DNA from: Epiperipatus broadwayi
Taxonomy: Eukaryota > Animalia > Onychophora
Reading direction: 5' to 3'
NCBI GenBank assembly: GCA_028023455.1
Contig: JAQFVV010000006.1
Coordinates: forward strand, 8,866,001 to 8,930,000
Length of the DNA stretch: 64,000 bases
Numbering within the stretch: the first letter of the stretch is position 1; each line of letters opens with the position of its first letter. Below the pieces are notes generated by a model, which did not search any database, had not been told where the DNA came from, and was given only the letters and a program-made list of their open reading frames with translations. A program made the translations under genes and the position numbers. Shown here piece by piece: positions 1 through 14,139 of the stretch.

Positions 1-224
1 CAGAGTGAAAAAGGAAGGATCATAAAAACAAAACCATTATGTGAGAAGATAAAAAAAAAAAAAAGCTCTCTAATGATATTTTTAAAAGTAAAGAAAATCT
101 TCTAATTTTGATTATAAGAGTCTAGAACTCAAATGACAAAGAGTAATGCTTAAAATATAATAAAAAATATCAATATTGTAAAAATTGAGATTTGATAAAA
201 TAAGGCCAAACAGTTCAAATTTAC

Positions 225-391
225 CGAACCTATCATTTGGACTATTTGTAAATTTTTCCTTTTCTTAAGGTTCACCCCAATCTCATTAAATTCTATATTA
301 TCTAGAATAAAATATTGTGAACTCCATTCTGTTGGAACAAAGCTATACAAAACATGGCCCATATGGAATTGATAATAAGGTTTTTCATGGC
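225..391 (-). CDS. Putative exon of unidentified gene (GHEKPYYQFHMGHVLYSFVPTEWSSQYFILDNIEFNEIGVNLKKRKNLQIVQMIGS)
   Basis: Acceptor tttaggcag|GC, donor TCG|gtaaat; open frame; phase matches the exon at 1063-1107. Protein not recognised. Confidence 0.5.
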
Positions 392-1062
392 CTGCCTAAA
401 AATTGTTTTTGACTGAAAAAATAAAATAACAATTATGTAGCAAATTTACTGTCATAAACAACTACAAGCCACAAATGTGATATAAGTAGTTTAGTAAAGG
501 AAGCCCAATTACCACAAAACGGTTTCTAAAATATATTATAAACAATTATTCTACCGTTTCCACAAAAACTTTTACAAACAACACAACTTTTATTTTTTTA
601 TATTTTTGAAATGCATGCTAGATCTGACTATTTATATTCTCCAATAATTTAATATACATACTGTATTTATTATTTTGGTCACGACCCTCGAATAAATATA
701 TTTTTTAACATAACTTCTGGATTATATGAGGTTGGATAGCATTTCATTAAAATAATAGAATAATCCTGAAATTACATGATTAAATTCAGATCAGGGTGAA
801 ATAGGAAATCTCAAAATAATAAAAAAAAAACAATTTAATTATTTCTTTTAATTATTTTCATTAAATTTGGATACTACAATTGTAAAACGAATCTATAAAG
901 AATATACATCATAATGCTTTATAAAAAAAAGCTTAAAAAATTCCTTCAATACAAAAGGAATTGCTGTCCTGACACAGGAATATGGAATTCTATTTATAAA
1001 TGTAAGTATATATATATATAACCTTGCAATATGGGTATCATTTATGCTTTATCCATACCTAC

Positions 1063-1107
1063 CTGTGCCCAGATTCCTCCATTTGATCAGAAAAGAATCA
1101 TTGATAT
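1063..1107 (-). CDS. Putative 45-bp exon of unidentified gene (INDSFLIKWRNLGT)
   Basis: Acceptor tactaag|, strong donor AG|gtaggt; phase 1 to phase 1; open frame. Confidence 0.5.
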
Positions 1108-1333
1108 CTTAGTATAAATTAAAAATAAAAAAAAAATTGTAAAATATTTAATAAAAGGTCAAAGCATTGAATAGAAAGTATTGCAGTATTTTTATTACAA
1201 TACAGAAATGCGGCAGTAAAAAGAAATTACAATATACATAGATAACAAATCTATTTACATTTAAGAATTTATAAAAAATAAATTAGTAAAGGAAATACAA
1301 GGATATTTCAAGTAGTAATATAAGGCCTCTCAC

Positions 1334-1563
1334 ACTCTTTAAACATCAAAGTTTGTGCGATCTGAATAAGTGTATCTGCCTGTTCCTGCATCTGGTCATG
1401 TGACAGCGTGGTCGAATATCTGTCATTTTGATCATAAGATATTCTAATACCGTCTAAAATATATGTGCGTAATGAGATTTGATTTCTGGGAGCCGCGAAA
1501 AAATCACATTGCAATAATTTTACTAAATGATACAATAGACATGCGTGAGATTTTAAGTCATAT
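1334..1563 (-). CDS. Putative exon of unidentified gene (YDLKSHACLLYHLVKLLQCDFFAAPRNQ...QTLMFKE)
   Basis: GC-richer open frame (ORF 1308-1577); acceptor ctcactacag| (alternative exon start at 1582), donor T|gtgaga; phase compatible with the next exon. Confidence 0.5.
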
Positions 1564-2199
1564 CTGTAGTGAGACATTTGCCCTTACAGCCATTATACAA
1601 GGGTGCACGAATGAGTAAAACGAAAATACTTTTTTATCTATTTAAACAGTAACATCACACACACATAGACACAGGACATAAAACTAATATATTGATACTA
1701 ATTTGTACTATCTTTTTAAATTTATTTTCCAGCAACTTATATTCACTTAAATCTTTAATTATATATAAAAAAAAACAGTGCCACCTGTTAGACATTAAAG
1801 CAATTAAATATCAAATAAAATGATTTATAGTTCTCAGATTACAGATTAACTAATGATAAACGGAGTGTATAATAGTACTTTATTTTGTCAATGAAATTTA
1901 AATTCCATAAATGTCACTTCATTTATATTCTTTAAGCATAAAATTTAATATATAAAAATATGTACATACACCTTTAAAAAAAAACAACAACTTGAGTTTT
2001 ATTACTGAATCATCAATAAATTCATTTCTTTTTTCTGAATGTTTCAACTATCACATATAGTCTTCATCAAAGAAATACAATACATATGTAAACCTATTTT
2101 TGGCACAATCAAATCAGAGCATATTAATATGATAATTCAAGCTACATTCTTTAATGAAACATTTAAATGAACTTATAAATATTGCATACCTTTTGCTAC

Positions 2200-3190
2200 A
2201 TCAATGCCAGCCTATTTCGTCAGTTAAAAGATTATAACTTTTATCCGACCTTCAATTTGTTATATAGAAATACATCACACATTGATACTCAAAGATTTTG
2301 ATACAGTAAAAAAGTGGGTATTGTTTACAAGTTTGTTTAAATGACTCTTTAAGAATCAAGCTGGTAAATTATCTTAGTAATGGATTTAGAATTGTTTGTT
2401 CCATAAATAGGTGTATATTCTTAGCTTTGAGAACCCATAAAGCTATTTATGTGCTCATTAAAATCATTAGAACTTTAACTAAATTGATATTTGAAACTGT
2501 ACACAGACTTGATTGTATAAAAATAAAACAAACAAAAAATTTCCGCCTTTTCGAGTATCAATTTAATTTATTTATTATATAATAAAGATCAGATAAAAAT
2601 GATCATCTTTTATCAGGCAAAATGGATTATCACTGATATAACAAAAGGTGTATATTATTTACAAATTCATTTAACTGCTTCTTTAGGAATTTTGCTTGTG
2701 AATTACCTTAGTAATATATTCAGATTTGTTTATTCCGTGAAAAGATTGATATTCTTAGTATACTACAGATCTGATAAGCCATAAAATTATTTATATTCTC
2801 ATTAAAATTGTTAGAATTTCATCTAAATTGATATTCAAAATTATAAGCTGGTTTAATTAACACAGAAACAAAAATCAAACAAATAAATTTTTTTTTAGCC
2901 TTTTCAAGTATCAATGCTTAATTTATTTACTATATAACAAACTGAAGGGCGGACAAAAATGACCATCTTTTATCTGATAAAATAGATTGTCATCGAAATA
3001 ATAAGATGGTCATTGTTTACAACTTCATTTAAATGATTCATTAGGAATCTAATTTATGAATAGGGATCTAATTTTTGAATTATATTAATAACATATTTGG
3101 CTTTATCTATTCTATGAATAGATTTATATTCTTAGCGTTACATACTTGATACACTGTAATATTATTTACTTGCTCAGTAAAATCATTATA
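2200..3190. repeat. ~360-bp degenerate tandem repeat (about 2.7 units) of a dispersed family (family F)
   Basis: Recurring blocks such as 'ccttttcaagtatcaat..aatttattt' and 'tttaaatgattctt..gaat..aattatcttagtaa'; related copies near 11050-11200, 19845-19965, 35200-35700 and 47870. Confidence 0.65.
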
Positions 3191-3229
3191 ATAATAATAA
3201 TATATATAAATTACTAGCTACTGGTGATA

Positions 3230-3800
3230 ATAATGAAATTATTCACCAAGCCTTAATTCAAACCCAGAATTATCAAAATAAGAAACGCAAACAAATAATA
3301 GTAGGATGTGTTCCTGATAAAAAAGGAACTACAGATAGTATTGGATGTATTCTAAAATGCTACAATATAAAAGCAGCATATACTACTTATCAAAAAATTA
3401 GTAACATCATAATTTAAGCTTACAGATTCAATATATATATTCTTATCTTTCATGGAGTTTATGAGTATTCAAATGGCATTTGTAAACTTTCTTATATAGA
3501 TAAAAAGCAATCGTCACATCAGTACTAGAAGATGGTATTAATGCTGCTAAACAATACTGATCATCATCAGCATTCTCTCCATATTATGAATTCAGGTCTT
3601 AATACGGATTTCTCTATTACCAGAATCCTATCCAGATATGACATTCTCTACCAATGTAAGATCAGAGAAGCCGTTGAGTTATGTGAAAGATCCAATTCTA
3701 TCATCAAACATGACAACACATGCAAACTTCCTCCGATTTGGAATTTTTAAAAAAAATATGTTGCTCTGAAGACTTTTTTTTATTGGTGGAACTTTATAAA
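3230..3800 (+). mobile_element. Penelope-like element remnant (GIY-YIG C-terminal part)
   Basis: Translates to HGVYEY..CKLSYI..SNRHISTR and HIMNSGLNTDFSITRILSRYDILYQCKIREAVEL..KLPPIWNF*; an eroded CTGAAGA follows at ~3754. Confidence 0.75.
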
Positions 3801-5886
3801 TCAGTGTTCACAGTGTCTGTACAATGATCTTTATAATATTTATTCATCAATATTGTGTGATCAAGCCAATATTCGTAATCAAGATGAAACACAAATGAAC
3901 CTGCGAAATATATCATTTATATCTGTAATTTATGAAAATCTTCATATCAACATACATATGATTATTCTTATGATATGCACATTGGAAGATTAATTCTCCT
4001 TAAATAGTTACATAAGTATATTAAGAATTAATAAATTATATTCAACTTTCAAAAATATCAAACTTATTTACATCTACATTTCCCAATCTCCGTTCCCTTT
4101 ATTTTTTTAGAAGTTGGCATATTTAAAAACTTGCTTATACATATTTTATGTAGTTTCTTCATAGAGTTCATATATGATGACCAAAACATTAAAAAAAAAA
4201 GGGATTTATTACTGATTCAGTAACAAAACATAAGTTTTAGAGAAAAGAAATGTGGGTGAATACTTTTATATATTATATTTTTGAATCATGACATAAAGAA
4301 GAAAACAAAAAAGATGTAACAGAGATTACAAAATTTAATGTTTCTTTTTTTTAAATTAATTTAAGTAAAAACTACATTCAAGGAAATGATACCATCAGGA
4401 ACAACATTTTGTGGAAAATGAAAGCAATATGACAAAATGAATGTAAAAACAACAACTTACATTTAGACATTTTTGTGAAAAGTAGGGATGCAATATTTTA
4501 ATTTACTGGAGTATAAAAATCGCTAGTACAACTTTAGTACGGCTTATTACTAAAGCTCACATGAAGTGTTTCTGGATTATTATCTATGATATTTCTGTGT
4601 CTTAGGTTCTCAAAGCAATTCACAATTGATATTGTTTTGAATGCCGGATAAGAATGAACTTAGGATAATTAACACAAAGCAGTGTTTCTACTGAGCACAC
4701 TACAATCTTTGGAAATAAAATATACGAAAGTACGAGTTCACATTTAGCTTACTTTTTTTTGAAATATCCTTATATATTTTTAACAATAATAAATAAAAAC
4801 ATGAAATGAAAATTTAATCTTTAAAACTCTGATGAATTGTACACAATGAACGCTAGTTCGAATTTAAGTCAAATTTCTTACAAAAAAAAAATATACTGTA
4901 TATTAATATTTGTCTTTATAAAAATATTGACAATGAGCATTAAAAATACTATATAAATCAAACTTTTCTTTTTTTCAGTAATGTGCAAAAAATAATATAG
5001 TTTCTATTAATTTCAGAGTAGTATACATTGAAAAATAGGATTTATCAAAAAAAAATAAAAATTCAAAAAACAACACTAGTGACATCTTTTTTTCAATTCT
5101 AAAATCCATAAAGTAAAAAATGAGTAAAATCAAAGCGTAGTCCTAACTTAATGGCAGAAATGACTTTTAAGTAAAAAATAAATAAATCTCAGTCCAGCCA
5201 ATTAAATCACTAAACATCAAATGATTGCTCCTGTATGGACAGTTTTGTCTCTATTTTTTCAGCCAATCAGGCTTAACACAAATGTTTAGTGCTGACTTCT
5301 AGCTTATTTATAGCTTTACTCATTGTTTACATTTTTGTTTTTGGAATTGGATGTTGATTAAAAAAAACCAATAATTATTTGTGTATTGGTTATAAATAGA
5401 AAATAAATATATAAATTATTGTATTATAATTTAATTAAAAAACTTTACAGACAATATTTTATACAAACAGTACAGTAAAAAAAAAAAGTATATAAAATAG
5501 ATAATCTCACAAACTAATTTAGAGATAAAAAATCTGATGATAAAGAAATGGTGACCGGTGAAAATTTACTACGGACGATCGTATTTATCAATGAGAAACT
5601 GACGGAAAGAAATGCCATGAGATAATAAATGAAAACAATCCGATTATAAAAATTTGTATTAGGGAAATAGATTTTAATTAAATGCTTCATTATCTTTCGG
5701 ACAGTTCCACTAATTTATTGTATATGTACTGATAAGTTTAAAAAAAAAAAAACGTAGACTTTGCTTATAAAGCCGAAATCTAAGCATCAAATCTGGGTGA
5801 TGATTGAAAATATTTTCATGTTTGGTGTGAGTTTAACATAAATACAAAAAGAATAATTGAATGAAAAATCAGTAGCGTTTAAAAAA

Positions 5887-5957
5887 GGAAGTGTCAGAGT
5901 CAAACCTCAACCCAAGGATTTTGAGGTCTAGTCTATCGCTCTACCGCTGCGGGAGTT
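5887..5957 (-). mobile_element. tRNA-derived SINE head (degenerate)
   Basis: A-box-like GCAGCGGTAGAGCG and B-box-like GGTTTGACTC at tRNA-like spacing. Confidence 0.45.
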
Positions 5958-8429
5958 GAGATATTCAAGAACAGCAAATGGCAGTGCTGAGTTTGAGCCC
6001 ATTATTCAATCATTATAATAAACAGTACTTAAGCCAACCAAGCGACTTACTTCAATACTTACAGTTGGAAGGCAAAAAGACACAATGTTGGTCAGGTTTT
6101 GTTGGTATATTGATAATAAACGAACATGCAATTGTAATATAAGTTTTATTACTAGAGAGGGAGGGATAAAACAATCTATGAGTTATAAGCCTATGGTCTG
6201 TCCAATATCAACACACGTTATTTTGCAGTATCCTTCATCTTAGTCACAATTTTTGCTTAACTTACAAGTTTCGAGTTTAGTCCAAGTGGGCATTGCATAA
6301 TTTCTCTATCAATGATCACAGTGTCAATTGGTGATGAGCTGATTTATTGTTTAATCCATATGACAAGGCTATGAAATAGATATCAAGACTGTTTGATAGG
6401 CAACAAGTGATATTTTATGCATATTGTTAATCTAATACTAATGTTCTGATCAAAGTGTATCACGGTATGCATTTACTTAGTTTTAATAGGAGATAAATAG
6501 ACAGACGTGTTTAATTGTATGATTGCATATTACTGACACTACATTTGAAATTACATATGTAAAACACTAATTCTGTCGCTATGAGCACAGCTAAAGAAAC
6601 TCTTTTTTTTCCTTTATCTAATATTGGTATTGTGATTTTTCAATAAGGATCTCATAGTATAGCAATTAATTCATCACCCTACTACATGACTTGGGATTAG
6701 AATCCAATCCAGATGAACATTGGAAATTTTTCCAGGTCACAAGCCAGCCTAAGATTTTCCTTTTAGGCAGCCAGATCACAAAGAACCTAGCCATCGGTAT
6801 TAGTAGGTAACTGGATATCCAACTATTATGGGCAGAAGATAAATGATCCAAGTTAATGTGACCAGATGGATATTGATGTGATGATGAAGCATTCATTATC
6901 AAGGCAATAGGCAACATACTCATGTTGAACCCTCAATGATGGAGCAAAAGAGAGCATTAGGTTTAGGAATGTCCCGGTGATACTCCTGCAACTTTAATGA
7001 TGATTAAAATTTATTTTTAAAATGTTACAGAACCCTAGGAAGCAGATTACAGAGTAAAAAAAATAAAAATAAAATGAAACAATCCTTAATAACCTACTAA
7101 AGTGGCAATAGCTCTTTTAGTAGCTCATAAAGGATCGTGAAAAAGGTGACTTTATTCCCTAAACCTTCTAAGTTCCAGGTGGTGAGAATTTTTGCATTAT
7201 TGTTCTACCCTCTAATTAAGAAAATCTAGATACCCATTTAATGAGAAAAATATTGGATAGTTAGTCGGATGTATGGGTTGTCTATCTGAGGGCAAAATTC
7301 TGAGTAACGTGAAAATTTTTTTACAAGTTTATCCAGCGTGGATTTAAAAGCAAGTCATAGGTTATAGCAAAAAATAAGGTAAGTATTTACTTTTCTTATG
7401 GAATGCTCTATCAAGAATCTGTTTAATGACCAAAGAATTATGGCATTCTAATGCCCCCTCCCCCATCCCTCTTTCCAGATAAACAACAGTAAATCTGGTA
7501 AGATTTGATTTTCATAGGTATTACTGAAGTCTCATCAGAAGATTCAGGATGGTATGGTCACTACACTGAATCTGCTTTATAAATGAAATGTAACATTCTC
7601 TGGCCTAGGGTCAACCTGAATCATGAATCACATAATTAATGACTATCAAATTCATGGTTCCAGTGATAGCGAAGGATTTAGTAATGCCAATAGCGGTTCC
7701 ATCTTCTGAATGGAATCTCTATAAGTTCCTTCATATGATCACAATAAACAGTAGAATCATCTGTTGAATTTTTAAACCAGTGCGCAAAAACAAAATTAAT
7801 TCCTTGAATTATCTAAACTGACATCAATCAAATAAAAAACAAACCTACGCCAAAAATGCAAGATGAAAATAAAATAATTAACGGGAAAAAGTTGCTTATT
7901 TCCACAGTGTGGGAAGAAGTTGAATCTAGCAAACGAATTAGTAGTAAAAGCAAGGTATAGTAGTAAGATTGATCATAGTTTTAATTAAATTATGCAGGAA
8001 AGCCATTAAAGCATTCAATCAAATTTTTCAGAAACTAAGACACCTTAGAGATGAAAGACAACTGCTGGAAACAATTTCAAAGCCATAGCGAAATAGTATT
8101 AAAATAGAAATAAGCTGAAAAAAACTACACCTTACATTTAAAAAATTTAAAGTTCCCACAGTGCAAGAAGAAAAAAAACCTACAATATATATGGAAAGAT
8201 TTAAAAATAAAACTTTTGGGGTAACAATTAAAAATCTTTGAAAAAAACTGCCGCTATACTTACTTTAAAACAGCACTGAAATTAACGAAAAGCCTACATG
8301 ATTGTTTTCTTCACTGATAAGAAAAATAAATAAATATGAATATAATAAATCATAGAAGTATATTGAATCATTAAAATTATATAAAAGTGTTTTGAGTTTT
8401 ACGCAGAAAAAGTAAAATTTATATAAATT

Positions 8430-9100
8430 TATTTACTGTTTAGCATGCTTTCGACAATTGTCATATTCATTACATTCATACTTTTCAGAAATTTACATAA
8501 TATTCATGGCATTTTCTTACAACTTAATTTAATATTTAACTGTATTTTGCTTTATGCAAATTTATTTAAATGTTTCACTTTTTTGAGAGAGAAATGCGAG
8601 TCATTTATAGCAGCGTGACGATCCTTTGCAATCGTCCAAGCCTCTTTATTACGTTTTTTATCCTTTCTGTACAGACTATTTCAGTCATTGTTAAGTCAAA
8701 CTTGTGGCCAAATTTACATTCATGATCCAAAAATATTGAAGCATATTCCTCATTCCTTTATGCTCTATTATATAGATATTTATGTTGGACTATTTTGGTA
8801 GATAAGTTTGTACCCAATTCCCCATAGTATGTATGAAACCTTGAACACAGGATCGTTTCACAGAATTTTAAAAACAATTTGTTGTGCTAGCTCTGAAGGC
8901 AATTTATCCTTAGAATTATTCAACAATGTATTAATGAGGGGGGGGGGGTTTCTGAAACTCACATTATATGTGTCTATACATATACTTTTCAATTTTTGAT
9001 ATTTTAGGAAAATATGAGAGACCGATCCATTATTTGGCATTCATTTGTGCATGATAAGCAGTGAATAAAATAAATGTATATAAAGTGTAAATGTTCAAAA
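8430..9100 (-). mobile_element. Penelope-like element remnant (GIY-YIG domain plus 3' pLTR)
   Basis: Translates to NVSFRNPPPLINTLLNNSKDKLP..IVFKI and HECKFGHKFDLTMTEIVCTE..KEAWTI; an HHR-like motif and AATAAA lie downstream. Confidence 0.75.
8436..8475 (-). ncRNA. Minimal hammerhead-like motif, A3-U8 core variant
   Basis: UGUA-AUGAAUA-U-GAC AAUU GUC-GAAA-GCAUGC-UA/AACA; palindromic stem III; stem I has 3 bp plus a terminal mismatch. Confidence 0.5.
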
Positions 9101-9890
9101 CATTTTTATATAATTTTATACAACAGAATCAAGAAAAGAAAAAATTTTCGAATTAATCATTAAAATTGAAAAAAAGCAAAGTAAGGAGAAATGAGAATAA
9201 GAACCAGTTATTATGTGCCAGGCAAAATAGATCTAAAACCCAATATTAATGGCTCAGAGTGGATATGATCAGTAAACAAAAAAGAATTCTTATAGAGACA
9301 AGACGAAAGATATTGAAGAGCAATAAATAAAATGTTTTCATCCAAATTCAAGTCAAGACAGAAAAAGTTACTATTATGGAAATTAATAAATACTTTCAAA
9401 AATATTAGACAAGAAAATTGAAAAGTCATTATGTAGTTATAATTCTAATGATAAAAACAGTCCAATGAATGCGTAATAAAGACCAATACGTATCAGAAGC
9501 TAAAAATGGATGTTAAAAAAGGCAGATCCAAATTTTGCTTTAGAAGACATATAAAATTGCAGAAATAAATACAACAAACATTTTTCTTTTTACAAGTCCC
9601 ATTTGTGTTTAGGGGAAAAAGGATACATCATATGAATGATGGACTTCTGGGGAGGGAAACAAAAATTGCCCAATGCCAAAATTAGAAAAAGTAAAAAACG
9701 TGACATAGTTTAGTATGCTTGATTAAATGATATACAATTTGGGATAATGTACATACTCATATTTTTTAAAAATATTTTTTTTTCCTATTCACTATTAAAA
9801 ATTTTTGTTTATATATTTTGTTATAGGAGGAAAGATGATGCTAAAATGAGGGAATAAATGAACCAAATCCATTTGTGAACCTGGGAATGT

Positions 9891-10325
9891 CTTTGCTCAC
9901 CAGCATCATATGCTTTTAAAAACAGCAATTCATTCCATATATTCTACACTAGAGCCACCTATTGTATGCTTTCACATTTAATTACACCAATCCTGTCATT
10001 TCTTTGCTCATCAGCACCATAGGCTTTTAGAAGTAGTAACTCATTCCATTTATTCTACACTAGAGCCACCTATTGTATGTTTCATATTTAATTACACCGA
10101 TCCTGTATTTCTTTATTCACCAGCATCATAGGCTTTTAAAAGCAGCAATTCATTCCATTTATTCTACACTAAAGCCACCTTTTGTATGCTTTCACATATA
10201 ATTTACACCGATCGTGTGATTTCTTTGCTCACCGGCATTATATGCTTTTAAAAGTAGTAATTCATTCCATTTATTCTACACTAGAGCCACCTATTGTATG
10301 TTTTCATATTTAATTACACCGATCA
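9891..10325. repeat. Tandem array, ~111 bp x 4
   Basis: 'ctttgctcaccagcatcata...aattcattccatttattctacactagagccacctattgtatg' starts at 9891, 10002, 10111 and 10223. Confidence 0.9.
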
Positions 10326-12420
10326 TTGTGAGAATTAGCTTAATAAAATATTACGTAAAGTAGTAAGGGAATGAAATATTTACACCATTAATAATATGTT
10401 AGCATGTGCATGAATAATTTGAAAATCTGTGATGTTAAAGATGATGATGAAGAAAGAAGTAAATTACTTTTATTTAAAATCATAAGTTTTTATCAATTCC
10501 CTTTAAATGTCTAAATATGTTGTTTTGACGAAAGCTGAAAAACAAGGAACCTAAATTGAATGCATATTTGTTGTTAAAGGAGACTTTGCATTGTCTTCAA
10601 ATTTCTTTTTGGCATTTTATTTCCTCAAGTGTCCATAACTCACAAATTTGATTCTACATATTAATAATGAACTCAGCAGATTTGTTATGATTGGATGAAG
10701 ATGAGATTAGGATAAAGGAACATATTAACACATTTCTTCAATTTAACTAAAAATTGATTCCTACTTAAAATCCCATGAGTCTATTTCAGGATACTGACTT
10801 TTAAAAACGCTACTTGAAACATGGAATGGTCAATACAAACTTTAAAAAATATGGTATGGGTTGACTACTGTTAATCGAACATCTCTAACTCGGAAACGTC
10901 TATTATTCGGACAAAATTACAATGTATTGTTCTGATTTGTTGTTTTAATTATGACTGCATAAAATTTTACGTGAATATGAATATAAGCATATTCTATATT
11001 TTAAAGAGTTATATTATTAATAATGTAAATTTATACAGCATACAATATATGACATATTATTTACAAGTTCATTTAAATGATTCTCCAGAATCTAGCGTGT
11101 AAATTTTCTTAATAACATATTCAGATTTGTCTGTTCTTCAAATAGGTTTATATTCTTAGCGCTACATCTTTAATAAGCTGTAAAATTATTTAAAATCACT
11201 AAAATTTATGTATAATAGTATACAAAAAACGTTTGATTAATGTTTATTTAAATTTGCAGCAGTGTTTGACATTATAATGAGGATGTAAACGGTTTACTAC
11301 TGAAATCCTAAAAAGTCACCGAAGTAGAAATTTCAGATTAACGATCATTTAACTTTAGTTGTACTAGAAAACAGCAAAATTTAAAACTTATTTACAGATG
11401 GATCTTACTTATATGTAATAATATTTGCAATCTTAATCAAAATGATTGTGCGACACAAAGATAAAAATTTGAATTATGGAAAAAAATGTGGAGAAAAATA
11501 ATATAAATCAATCGTACATTTTGCATCTGTTGTAACGTGAAAAATTTCTTCAGTATTGAAGAATAACGGAAGATGGTGATTTTAAAACTGTATTTTAATT
11601 TTATTGAAAATATAAAATTAACGTAACGTTATTCAAACTTCAACCTCTTAGTAAGATTTATTTGTGGCATATATTTACATTCAATACATATAAACACACA
11701 AAAGCAAATACAATCGGATGCATATATAAATTATATACACATACCTATTTTGATGTTTTCTACACTTATTTGAATGAAAACATTGACTGAAAAGAAAAGA
11801 TGTTACGATAAATTTCAATTGCAATGGGAATTTAACATATTTTTTTTTACTATAGTTAGGATATCTAGGAAAACAATCTTAGTAACTAAAAGTAATAAGG
11901 ATATATAAATATAAAATTATTTTATTTATTCTCATTTTCCATTTCGGCATATTAGTTTAGTTACTAACATAATTTACTAATGTTCATATAATTTTAGTTA
12001 TCAATAAAGTGTTTCTTTTATCAGCCATATTACTTGTTGATATAAACATTTAATCTAACTGTGGGTGTGTTTATACTACATACTTATGCATAGAGGTTGT
12101 ATATGTGTGTGTGTATATATATATACATACACAAACATTTCACAATTCGGCCTTGATATCTCTTAATGATAATATAATCACACCCCATTTTCATAATAGA
12201 TAGTAACTTTAAATATTTTTGAAATGAATTTGCAACGTTATAAAATAGTTTTCCAACTATCTTTAAATTATTTATGTGAATCTAAAATGCTCTTGGATCT
12301 ATCCTACTGATAAAATTTAAGGGTAAATCCAAATATCCATTTATCAATTAGTAATGATGATCAGTTGAATTGATTATTGTTAGTTTGTAGTTTGAAGGGT
12401 AGGTGAAAAATATTTCAAAT

Positions 12421-12460
12421 ATCTGAAGAAGACTGCTAGGCAATCGAAACTGCCACATAC
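12421..12460 (+). ncRNA. Eroded PLE-type hammerhead-like motif
   Basis: CTGAAGA-A-GACTGC TAG GCAATC-GAAA-CTGCCAC, followed by AAATAAA; no canonical cleavage triplet. Confidence 0.35.
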
Positions 12461-13039
12461 TAAATAAAGCATTATGAAAAGTGCATTAAGAGAAGTGTGT
12501 GTTTTATGTTTGTAAAAATTTAATAGAAACAACGCAATATGAGGGGGGGAAAGTTTTGGACATGATGGAAAAAAGAAAAAATTATGGGCTTGAGCGGTAA
12601 ATTCTCAGTTACTTAAAAAAATCTTGGAAGTTTCACCCAGATTTGAATCTTAGGTCATGGAGGTTGTCAGCTAAAAAAGCACTAATCTCAAATACACAAA
12701 AATCTATTAAAAGTAAAACAAAAAAAAAAATCATTCGTTGTATTAAATATATCATTTTCAGAAAAAAAATTCAAAAATCACTAACAGTAAATATTTCAAA
12801 TGAATTTATAGTTAAACATTTATAATCAATAAATTTTTACAATTTTTTTTAACCTCAAATGAGTCTCAATTACACACACATTTACATGTTATATATACAT
12901 ACATTTTTATAATGTCATTTTAGGTCTTTATTAAAAAAAAAATTATAAGATTTAGTGAAATTATATTTGCATTTGTATGGGTAAATATTTTTGTTTATGA
13001 CACACTATTCTGATTAGTGCCAATTATATTTAAATCCTC

Positions 13040-13350
13040 TTAAAATAGATATTGGTCTATTGAATCTCTACAGTCATGTGTTTTCAAGCTGACCAGAAAT
13101 TTTCTTATCCAAATATATGGCAATATTTTTATGAAAATAGAATAACAAACGTACTGTTGACATGGCAACCTAATCACAATACTTCTCCTCCCCGACTTAT
13201 GTTTTCTGAAATTGTAAGAAAATATACAATATTTTAAACTTTCGTTTGTTAATGAAAATTTAAAACATTGCATGCAATCTTAAATTTAAAAAAAGTCTAA
13301 GTTCTGAAAAAAGATGCCGTGATCAAAGCGAAACTTCAACGATGTTTCAT
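13040..13350 (+). mobile_element. Probable PLE 3' remnant (GIY-YIG tail plus eroded HHR)
   Basis: LYSHVFQADQKFSYPNI..NVLLTWQPNHNT resembles a PLE endonuclease C-terminus; CTGAAAA...GCGAAAC at ~13305-13337. Confidence 0.35.
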
Positions 13351-13966
13351 TATAATTTCTATTATCATAAAATTATTATTACATACTTGGACAGAATTTC
13401 TTGTTGGCTTGAAAATAAAGAGTAGGGAAATATAGCAGAACACTTCTTTAAAAACTTAAAAAATATAGATGGTATCATTAATCAAAATACATTTCAGTTA
13501 TTTTCACGGAGTTTCCTATTCAAAAATCGTAAGCCAACATCTTTTATTTGTAAAAAACATTCAAATAAATAGTAAGTATTTATACATGTACATACGCACA
13601 ACATAATGCATATTTTTTTATTTACAATCACATATTTAAGGTCATGATTTATAAATTATGTATATCTACAGATGAAAGGAAAGACTAGAATAATAAACAT
13701 TTGGTTTTCTGAATAAATTAAGGGAAAAAAAAAGACAAAAAATGAGGGAAGAGGGTGATAATGGTTTCTATCAATAAATAATAGCCACAACAAAAGAGGC
13801 ACCACAAGACATTAATAGAAAGCCTATGTTACAAATAATTAATTTCACATTTTTATATGAGTTCCTATAATGCAGGAGTCACAGTGGTTTCGACCATCAG
13901 GATTGCCTGATGTCGATAAAATTATTTCAGGCACCTTTTTCGTTAATCATTTTGCGATGAAGATAA

Positions 13967-14074
13967 TTAGTTCGGTAAGAGAGGTTCTAGGCTGTTCATA
14001 ATTATATAGCTGGAGAAAAAAATGTACAACTTACGAAACCAAACCATTTGACTTACATGAGCCCGCATGGCTTT
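13967..14074 (-). CDS. PIGL: PIGL last coding exon (KAMRAHVSQMVWFRKLYIFFSSYIIMNSLEPLLPN*)
   Basis: Polypyrimidine acceptor ttttatag|; matches the PIG-L C-terminal KAM..H.SQ..WFR.LYI.FS.Y motif; TAA at 13967-13969. Confidence 0.95.
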   Translation of the reverse strand, partial: KAMRAHVSQMVWFRKLYIFFSSYIIMNSLEPLLPN

Positions 14075-14139
14075 CTATAAAAAACAAAACAAAAACAAAT
14101 TATTAGGAAAGTTTTTAAAACTTTATATGTAATTAAACA

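Noticed and set aside
6666-7760. GC-richer block as a retroelement ORF
   Set aside because: Probably decayed TE, but I could not identify a diagnostic motif.
13884-13935. Hairpin GACATCAGG-CAAT-CCTGATGGTC-GAAA as a hammerhead
   Set aside because: No CUGANGA-like core upstream of the stem and no stem I.
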